Below, in pieces: positions 22,195 to 31,922 of a stretch of DNA of 31,922 nucleotides. Made by a program: the position numbers and the translations under genes. Source of the DNA: Takakia lepidozioides (taxonomy: Eukaryota; Plantae; Bryophyta); the NCBI GenBank assembly GCA_030704615.1, contig JAKLZA010000212.1:1-31922 (forward strand), read 5' to 3'. A model generated the notes under the pieces. The model was not told the DNA's origin. It made no database searches and saw nothing but the letters and a program-made list of their open reading frames with translations. The first letter of the stretch is position 1; every line of letters begins with the position of its first letter.

Positions 22195-23437
22195 ATAGGA
22201 TCAGTGACAAGTGGACACATAATAACTTCAGGAAAATGGATGACGGAAGAGGAAACGGAAATTACTTTAAAAATAGACACGTGGAGGTCAGGGCGCGACA
22301 CACAGCCGACAATGAAGTGCAAGGACAGGTGTCAAAAAGAAAGAAGACAAGAACGGTCCGTCAAAAGGGATGAAAGCAGGCCCATTAATGAGTACGGAAA
22401 AAGGGAAACGGAACGAACGGCAAGTACAGAAAAGCCAAATTCTTGTCACATGTGTGATCCTAGTGGACTATCCAACAGGGAAAGTCCACTAAAGAAGAAA
22501 AATCTAAAATCCAGTCACAGCGGATACAGCCAATAGAAAACCAGAGAAAGGATCAAGAAAATGGAGGGAAATTGAGCGCAAGAGGCGGCGTCGTTCTGAG
22601 TAACGGGCGTCTCGACAGGACAAGCCATAAATGCTATAACTTGGAAACTATGGAGGAACTAACAGACTATACGCTCGCAATATTACTTACGCAGTGGCAT
22701 AGACACGAAAGGACAGAGCGGAGCTTTTCTCTTGAGCGATGCTTGCAAGCCCCACAGGCTTACAAGAAATTACCCATAGCTTTCTGGCGACAACCATACG
22801 TTATGCTTTGTGCACTACAGGCATTCCTACAGTTGTTACAGCCAAAACAGTTCGGTGAGTCTAAAATGAAGAGAGTGAGAGGCATGGAGGAAATCAGGGT
22901 GAAGAGCACCACGATTCTGCAGAAAACAAACAATTGCTACCCCACAGGCGATACAGATACTGGAGGAGCTGAGATTGCAAAGATTGCAAAGCCCAGATTG
23001 GACACTACACCATAGACAATACATGTTACAATTTTTGCAGAACTTTGAGCCAAGGACAGGAACAACAACGGTGAAGGAGTTGAATTAATGATTACCCCCT
23101 ATACCTCCAGCAATTGTTTCGATTACCAGCAGGTCAGGTGCATGTGGAGCAACACAGGGCAAGACTGCAATAGAGGACTTATTCCAAGAAGGGAGTTTCT
23201 TTAAAACTCAGGGTTATGCTTGTACCAAGCTGTGTACCCAGGGTTAAAAGAGGTAGGCAGGTATTGAACGTTCTGATTGCCATGAAACAGAACCAACAGT
23301 ATTTGAGCAAATCCTTCACGGAGGAAATACTCAAAGGCCTGAGGGACGAGAGGTACAATGGGCGGACATAATGTACAACGCACTGGTAGAGGAGATATGA
23401 ATAATTACAAGGTACTACCGCAAAGTCTCCTATAATA

Positions 23438-26408
23438 GTGTCTGGCCCAATCATTGCTCAAATAATCCTTGATTCTGGCATACTTAATGCGCAAGAAAGA
23501 AAGGAAATGGGAGTGTTTGAGCCAGAAACAACTGCAATGGAAGAGCAAGGCTCTTCACACAGTGAGGGTGGACTAGCAAGGCAACCCGAGACTAAGAGGC
23601 AGAGACGGGGAAAGACTGTAGTGGCGGATCCACTGGCTTCACGGATTCCGCATGATAATGTTTCCCAAGCTCATGGCCAGGAAGGGGCACAGCAGCACAG
23701 AGAAATGCTATTACTGGAAGCAGGACCTTCAGAGAGGGAGGAGGAAGTTACTTCTGCATCACAACCAGCACAGCCACCTGAACGACTTGTCACAAGGTCA
23801 CAAGTTATCCATGCAGCTCAACCAGAAATAATTGATTTGGAAAGTGAAGGGTTAGATATTCCAACCACAGAACAGATAGTGGCAGAAATAGAGGGGGACC
23901 TTCTCTATGAATATTCTGGTCTGGTCAAGGAGACAGAAATCCCAGAGGTGCAACAGTTGCCCAAGGGAAATCCTGAGGTGCACATAATACACACACCTGT
24001 GTCGGAGGTACCACAGGCGGAAGGTCATGACACTGTAGCACCGGTGATAGATGAAGTAGTTCAGGAAGAAAATCCGGTGGGACAATGGCCTGAATGGTTA
24101 GTGAGACATCACACTGTTGAAGATCAGGGAGGAACAGCAGCAACCTCACCATGATGACCCTCAACAGGCAATGCTGATGAGTTCCATAGGCAGGACACTT
24201 AATTTGTTGGGAACTTATGTCAAATCCCATGTTCCAATTACCCAATTGACAGCCTTGAAAGAGGAACTCAGGAAGGAGTTTGAGGCTCGACTTGCCACTG
24301 AGTGTGCAAACAAGGTCAATGAAGAGGTCACTCTCAAGATGAAGCAGGACTTGGGAAATACAGAAATGGCTTTGCAATTGGCCAGGCAACAATTGATTGA
24401 GGCAGGCCTCGCGCAAGACCAGTTGCACGAAGCACATAAGCAACAGCTATACCAAATGCAGGTGCAGCATGAAAGCAAGTTGCAAGAACTGAATGCACTA
24501 CATACGGAGTTGCAGACAGTGCATAACAGGATGGCGATACAATGTGCTACATTTACAACTATGCTTGACCAATCAACAAAAGAAATAAACAGTCAAGCGG
24601 AAAAATGTACGAAGGCAGAAGAAGAGAATGTTGAGCAAATGAAGCTCATTGTCGATATGAAGAATACAATCTGTCGCAATGAAGATACTTTCAAGCAATA
24701 CAGGCAAATAGAAGCTGATCAAGAGAAGCACATCGTGGAGTTGCAACAAACCATCATGGCCAATAGAAATGAAATCGCGGTCACTAACAAGGCTTGGAAG
24801 GAAGCCAATAATCTACTTGCTGCTTATGCGCAATTGGTTGAACCTCAGGCGAAGCGCATGGAGGCTTTACAACAGCAGTTGGAATTGTACAAGCTAAGAG
24901 AGGAGCAAACTCTCAGGGGAACCACAAGCAACTTGGTGGATAACAGCCTTATGCAGGTCTGGTTAGCACAAGGGCCAGTAGAGGGCAAAGCACCACGGAA
25001 GCTCACCCAAAGCGAGATGAATGAGCTCAGGCTGCAGGTGCAGAACATTGCCACAACTACTATAGACAATGTCTATAGTAGGATAGCAGAGTTACAAGAG
25101 GATGTAGACGGACTCCAGACTCAAGTGGAAGAACTCACTTCAAACATCGACCAAAGAGTCTATATCCCTCAGGAACAGCTAATGGCTTCTTATTTACAAG
25201 CCAGAACTTTGGCTTTTCAGTCTTCACAGGAGGTGCAGGAGATGCCAATGATACAAGAGCCAGTACCACCACCACCACAACAAGTCACTGTACCAGTAGC
25301 TGAACCTGTGGTTACTACAAGCACACCACAGCCACCACAGCCGGAGGTATGGGGCAATGCCGCTTTTAACCCACCTAAAACTCCAGCTGCAAGGGAGTAC
25401 AGTAGGGCTATGATTATGCCCTTCAACCAAATTCCCATCATGTTGGATTTGGCTTGGAAAGAATTTAGTCCTCCGCAGTCATTCGCACATTACTACCAAA
25501 TCATGCGTATTGGCTGCCAGTGGCAACTAGGACTAAAGTTCTTCCGAACAATCGACATATTGAAGATCATCACTTTGCACAATACTGGCACGAGGCAGGT
25601 ACCATGTTGAGGGAATTGATTGCTTTCCAGGTTGTACATGGACTCATTTATACCAAGACCAAGGAGATAGCAAGTATTGTCATGGGGTGCGGGTTATACT
25701 ACGCTCTTGTTTTCTGGTACGTTACCACATTGAGCAACAAAAGATGCAAACACGCTTTCAAAGTTATTCCAGTGGAGATCATTGGTATTACCTTCGGTGC
25801 CACCTCATATGTACCTATATGACCCAAAAGTTATGATGCAAAAGGATTCTCAAATTCGCTCATGGTTTCAAGCAGCCTGCAACCATTTGTCAACACAGAA
25901 ATTCGGCATTGATGACATTTTCTATAAGGGACATGTGGCATGGAAGTACTTGCACGCTGCACCAGTAATTGGTACCCCACTCACCTGGACAGACAAGGAG
26001 CTCAGTGTCTACACCAATTTTGCTGTTCAACGGTTACACCATGTTGTAAAATACAAACTTCCAGACATGGTAGGACAGCATTGTATGCCCCAGATGATTA
26101 CACAAAAAGTTCGAAAATTAAAACACCTGAGAGGCGATGAGGATTCTGATACAACTGTTTCTTCACCGAATTCTTTTGACATGGGAGAAGACTATGCAAT
26201 ACAGATGGAAGAGAAGAAGCGACGGGGATCTCCTATGCCGGAAAGATTACCTCGATATCAGCCTCCAGAGGGCCTCACTTATCCAGGTAGTGATCAACCA
26301 TCTCCGTCAACCAAAAACAGACCTCGGGCTCGTACACACAGTCCGCCACGAAACTCTCAACGTCAAGAAGGAGCTCACTCACAAAGGTTTGCTAGTAGAA
26401 ATCAGTAA
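23438..26408 (+). pseudogene. Long acidic and coiled-coil protein, frameshifted across three ORFs; probably a transposon accessory gene
   Basis: Consecutive overlapping ORFs 23438-24154, 24117-25610 and 25520/25782-26408 with E/Q-rich heptads. A second copy lies at 1-424. Confidence 0.55.
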
Positions 26409-26568
26409 ACCGTGAGGACACGGCTTTTTGAGGGGGGAAGGGGTAATGTTAGAGGACTGTCGGGGACTTAGACACTTATACGGGATCTGTAGGGTACCCT
26501 TAATTTTTGCACAGACTGAGACCAACAGGAGCCTTAGGGGTGACAGCAGCGCACTGTAGAGGGGGGTT

Positions 26569-26766
26569 ACACAGTCGTCACAGCCCACACAGCCGTCACA
26601 GCCCACACAGCCATCACAGCCCACACAGCCGTCACAGCCGACACAGCCCGGCACAGCCACACAGCCAGTCACAGCCCGACACAGCCAAACACAGTCGCAC
26701 AGCCAGTCACAGCCCGTCACAGTTTCACACAGCCAGTCACAGCTTGACACAGCTGTCACGATCACA
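26569..26766. repeat. Degenerate minisatellite (CACAGCC / GTCACAGC units)
   Basis: About 20 cacag-containing units in tandem. Confidence 0.9.
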
Positions 26767-27068
26767 GGGAACGAAGAGTAGGACAGGGAACGACTGTGGG
26801 GAACAACACCTGCGAAGGGAACATGTTAGTTCACAGACGACGGTTAGTGAGGGAAACGGTTAGAACCGCGGATACGAAGATAAAAGGAAAACGGGGAATG
26901 AAGGAGGGGGATTTTCACAGCATTCGGAGGAGGACTTCTTGGTGATAGAGGAGAGGGGATCGGGCAGAGATGAAGAACGGAAGTGAAGATAGAGAGATGA
27001 TGAGTAGATGCTTGATATATGCAAGGCTGTAATGATATTGTAGAGTAGATTAGAGTCACAATGGCTTC

Positions 27069-27079
27069 GGCCTGATACC
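27069..27079 (-). other. Putative tRNA-iMet primer-binding site adjacent to an LTR-like TG end at 27080
   Basis: The plus strand reads ggcctgatacc|tgataaatc, an imperfect match to the canonical PBS. Confidence 0.45.
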
Positions 27080-27172
27080 TGATAAATCATAATCGGATAC
27101 TTTTACGAATCACACTGTGTAGAGAGATCTGAGTGAAGCTGTGGAATGAATGGATGAGTTGATGAAATCCAA

Positions 27173-30100
27173 TAGTAAATCAAACATAAACTGAAAAAAC
27201 AGAAGGGAGATTGGTTGATAATGTGTACAAGAACCACCAAGTACACTGGTCTAAATCAGAGAGGGAAGATACTTATGTCTCGTCGAGACATGGACAAAGA
27301 CCTGACAAGGTCATTGTAAAATTAACGACAAATCGGCCTCATTATCAACCATTCTTCATTCACAAGTCAGCTTTATGACAAATCCCAGACTTCAAAGTCA
27401 ACGAAGTCTCTGGGGGGGGGGGGGGGTGGGAAAAATTAGAGACTCGATTACCACTGTTCATTAGAGACTCGTGAGCAGAAACCGTTGTTCAGCATGCTAA
27501 AAAGTGCCATTCATGACATGCCATGTCATTCGGTCTGTATTTTTTGGTCAGCTTACATACCAAGGCATAACCAACCATCCTAATTTATCGTTGGCCCAAA
27601 AAACTAGTATAGTTTGGGTTCTTTGTATCATGGGACATACCAAAGCGACTGAGCAGTAAGTATCCATGTCCAAATAAAGATCCATTGATCACTGTTCATG
27701 GCTGGAAATGTCTGTTTGTCTTAAAGAAGCCATTTATGATCATAGAAGGCTTAAGAACAAAATAAGAGCATTTCTTTACATAAAGAACATCACCAAAGCA
27801 GGGTTACGGACTGATATTTGGCAGCTTATACAACAGGGGGTAATCAGCTGCCCTATTTTGCACATCAAGTCACTTATTGACACCATGTTTTTTGCCCCCT
27901 GATCTGTTTTAGATCTGGGGCTGGTGTGTAATTTCAATGACAGGGTAGAGTAATATTCCGAACGTCCTGAACTTTATGTATAGGTAAGAGGTGTGCCAAT
28001 GACTTGGGAACAGTGCAAGTATTATTCCATGCCCCAAGACCAAGTTCTATGTCTGGGGTAGGGAAATCATTACCATAACAGGCTGTAATCAGATTTACAT
28101 GCCATGCAATCATCCATAGGAAACACAAAGAATCTGAATTGCTCATCCCATCAGGCCTGCAGGTTACTTTGGTATTATTTATCCTAAAGCAACTTGAATA
28201 CAATGCCCGAATCATTCTCTTCGCATCTACCAATGTCTTACCGTTTTGGAAAATAGGTAAACATTCAAGGGCATATAACCAAGGACCAGATTTGGCCACA
28301 AAAAGATCCATCCATATCAGTTTGGCATGGTATCAAGTGTCCTAGAGTAACCGGCTTCTAAAAGAGGCTAAGTTTCCAATGCTTGTACATTCAAGAACAC
28401 TGTCTGGTCATGAAAACAGGTCTGCCCTACATTGTAGCATGTTACCAGATAAATTCTTTAAAGCCATCAGCTTGTCATATCATTGCTCCATTGTCACATC
28501 AGTATGCCATAGGGAACAAGAGATAGTCGCCCTAATGATTGTCATAAAGTAACAATCGGGAAATCTTATATCAAACTTTTAGTGTTTACCCACCCCTTGT
28601 TTTGGGTAAAACATGTGTACAAAACCAAAGGGGGCAGGTATTGGGACTCAGGTGATGAAGTCTGGCAGGGGTTTACCACCTGGTTATATTCAGACAAAAC
28701 ATCTACCAGCAGCATATCATAATTGGGTATTTTTTATGGTGCTATAAAGAGCAAAGCCATAACCAGGAGAAACATAGAAACATTTGAGCCAAAGAAATGG
28801 AACTCATTCTTATCATAAGGTATCTAAATCTGACATAAGGCATCGGCTACGGGGGACCGGCAAACAAGAGTAATGTGCATTGACCGGATCATGTATCAGG
28901 TGTACACGTCTACTCCAGCAAGCTGTCTTACCGAGGCCTAGCTCAAAACTTCAGCATTCATAAGCCCTGTAGATGTTCTATGCTTATCTCAGGTACCTTC
29001 AAGGATGCCTTGCTCTCCATGCCCAATTAGCCAACATATTTTTGCTGGAGAAGATCTTACCTTATGAAGGACTTGCTTGCTCCACACCGTGGTCATGGCG
29101 GGAGAGGAGGCTGATATCTCATGGCTTTGGCCTTCCCATTGCCTTGGGTTCATCACTTCAATCAGGAACATATTTGATAACCTTTTTGTCATGCTCAGAC
29201 CAAGGTGTTAGTAAATCAAACATAAAACTGAAAAACAGAAGGGAGATTGGTTGATAATGTGTACAAGAACCACCAAGTACACTGGTCTAAATCAGAGAGG
29301 GAAGATACTTATGTCTCGTCGAGACATGGACAAAGACCTGACAAGGTCATTGTAAAATTAACGACAAATCGGCCTCATTATCAACCATTCTTCATTCACA
29401 AGTCAGCTTTATGACAAATCCCAGACTTCAAAGTCAACGAAGTCTCTGGGTGGGGGGGGGGTGGGAAAAATTAGAGACTCGATTACCACTGTTCATAGCA
29501 GGAAACCGTTGTTCAGCATGCTAAAAAGTGCCATTCATGACATGCCATGTCATTCGGTCTGTATTTTTTGGTCAGCTTACATACCAAGGCATAACCAACC
29601 ATCCTAATTTATCGTTGGCCCAAAAACTAGTATAGTTTTGGGTTCTTTGTATCATGGGACATACCAAAGCGACTGAGCAGTAAGTATCCATGTCCAAATA
29701 AAGATCCATTGATCACTGTTCATGGCTGGAAATGTCTGTTTGTCTTAAAGAAGCCATTTATGATCATAGAAGGCTTAAGAACAAAATAAGAGCATTTCTT
29801 TACATAAAGAACATCACCAAAGCAGGGTTACGGACTGATATTTGGCAGCTTATACAACAGGGGGTAATCAGCTGCCCTATTTTGCACATCAAGTCACTTA
29901 TTGACACCATGTTTTTTGCCCCCTGATCTGTTTTAGATCTGGGGCTGGTGTGTAATTTCAATGACAGGGTAGAGTAATATTCCGAACGTCCTGAACTCCT
30001 TATTTGTATAGGTAAGAGGTGTGCCAATGGCTTGGGAACAGTGCAAGTATTATTCCATGCCCCAAGACCAAGTTCTATGTCTGGGGTAGGGAAATCATTA

Positions 30101-31922
30101 CCATAACAGGCTGTAATCAGATTTACATGCCATGCAATCATCCATAGGAAACACAAAGAATCTGAATTGCTCATCCCATCAGGCCTGCAGGTTACTTTGG
30201 TATTATTTATCCTAAAGCAACTTGAATACAATGCCCGAATCATTCTCTTCGCATCTACCAATGTCTTACCGTTTTGGAAAATAGGTAAACATTCAAGGGC
30301 ATATAACCAAGGACCAGATTTGGCCACAAAAAGATCCATCCATATCAGTTTGGCATGGTATCAAGTGTCCTAGAGTAACCGGCTTCTAAAAGAGGCTAAG
30401 TTTCCAATGCTTGTACATTCAAGAACACTGTCTGGTCATGAAAACAGGTCTGCCCTACATTGTAGCATGTTACCAGATAAATTCTTTAAAGCCATCAGCT
30501 TGTCATATCATTGCTCCATTGTCACATCAGTATGCCATAGGGAACAAGAGATAGTCGCCCTAATGATTGTCATAAAGTAACAATCGGGAAATCTTATATC
30601 AAACTTTTAGTGTTTACCCACCCCTTGTTTTGGGTAAAACATGTGTACAAAACCAAAGGGGGCAGGTATTGGGACTCAGGTAATGAAGTCTGGCAGGGGT
30701 TTACCACCTGGTTATATTCAGACAAAACATCTACCAGCAGCATATCATAATTGGGTATTTTTTATGGTGCTATAAAGAGCAAAGCCATAACCAGGAGAAA
30801 CATAGAAACATTTGAGCCAAAGAAATGGAACTCATTCTTATCATAAGGTATCTAAATCTGACATAAGGCATCGGCTACGGGGGACCGGCAAACAAGAGTA
30901 ATGTGCATTGACCGGATCATGTATCAGGTGTACACGTCTACTCCAGCAAGCTGTCTTACCGAGGCCTAGCTCAAAACTTCAGCATTCATAAGCCCTGTAG
31001 ATGTTCTATGCTTATCTCAGGTACCTTCAAGGATGCCTTGCTCTCCATGCCCAATTAGCCAACATATTTTTGCTGGAGAAGATCTTACCTTATGAAGGAC
31101 TTGCTTGCTCCACACCGTGGTCATGGCGGGAGAGGAGGCTGATATCTCATGGCTTTGGCCTTCCCATTGCCTTGGGTTCATCACTTCAATCAGGAACATA
31201 TTTGATAACCTTTTTGTCATGCTCAGACCAAGGTGTTAGTAAATCAAACATAAAACTGAAAAACAGAAGGGAGATTGGTTGATAATGTGTACAAGAACCA
31301 CCAAGTACACTGGTCTAAATCAGAGAGGGAAGATACTTATGTCTCGTCGAGACATGGACAAAGACCTGACAAGGTCATTGTAAAATTAACGACAAATCGG
31401 CCTCATTATCAACCATTCTTCATTCACAAGTCAGCTTTATGACAAATCCCAGACTTCAAAGTCAACGAAGTCTCTGGGGGGGGGGGGTGGGAAAAATTAG
31501 AGACTCGATTACCACTGTTCATAGCAGGAAACCGTTGTTCAGCATGCTAAAAAGTGCCATTCATGACATGCCATGTCATTCGGTCTGTATTTTTTGGTCA
31601 GCTTACATACCAAGGCATAACCAACCATCCTAATTTATCGTTGGCCCAAAAACTAGTATAGTTTTGGGTTCTTTGTATCATGGGACATACCAAAGCGACT
31701 GAGCAGTAAGTATCCATGTCCAAATAAAGATCCATTGATCACTGTTCATGGCTGGAAATGTCTGTTTGTCTTAAAGAAGCCATTTATGATCATAGAAGGC
31801 TTAAGAACAAAATAAGAGCATTTCTTTACATAAAGAACATCACCAAAGCAGGGTTACGGACTGATATTTGGCAGCTTATACAACAGGGGGTAATCAGCTG
31901 CCCTATTTTGCACATCAAGTCA
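27173..31922. repeat. Near-identical ~2.03-kb tandem repeat (units 27173-29208, 29209-31236, 31237-end), possibly derived from a decayed LINE 3' region
   Basis: tagtaaatcaaacataaa recurs at 27173, 29209 and 31237, and the ORF track repeats with ~2028 offset. Minus-strand LCFLWMIAWHVNLIT weakly resembles the LINE zf-RVT region. Confidence 0.92.

Larger units (their letters stand above)
22200..27172 (-). mobile_element. Probable LTR retrotransposon remnant in minus orientation; no gag/pol recognised
   Basis: The minus strand reads ...TTTATCA followed by GGTATCAGGCC (27079-27069), resembling an LTR end plus a tRNA-iMet primer-binding site (TGGTATCAGAGC). The enclosed ORF is multicopy (also at 1-424). 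The left boundary is not defined. Confidence 0.45.

Noticed and set aside
26379-26863. Cys-rich (metallothionein-like) and His/Ser-rich ORFs
   Set aside because: Both are translations of the CACAGCC minisatellite.
27708-31633. Repeated short ORFs in the 2-kb units as genes
   Set aside because: They are short and identical only because of the tandem duplication, and a 4-bp indel changes one of them between units.

Overview
Eukaryotic, intron-containing window made almost entirely of nested transposable elements; a seed-free land plant is my guess from the element content, not something the sequence shows. In order: (1) 1-424, a fragment of a coiled-coil ORF (paralogous to 24521-24944) cut by (2) a degenerate P-element-like DNA transposon on the minus strand (~425-5600); (3) LINE scraps (~6200-7700); (4) a ~14.5 kb Mutator-like element (7701-22194) with imperfect TIRs; (5) a probable minus-strand LTR element carrying an antisense coiled-coil ORF (22200-27172); (6) a ~2.03 kb tandem repeat running off the end. 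The Mutator-like element is the main find. Besides a DDE/SWIM transposase, it carries a spliced gene of at least 8 exons encoding a ParB/Srx-like domain fused to a beta-class N4/N6 DNA-methyltransferase-like domain, and a head-to-head pair of unknown ~190-aa paralogues. It also holds about 40 copies of a 22-bp palindrome (GGAAATGCGGYRCCGCATTTCC), found only in non-coding DNA (two arrays, three introns, intergenic and subterminal sites) and spaced at near-integer multiples of a helical turn. This looks like a transposon-encoded 'ParB-methyltransferase plus cognate palindromic site' system. The motifs and layout are seen in the sequence; the function is inferred.
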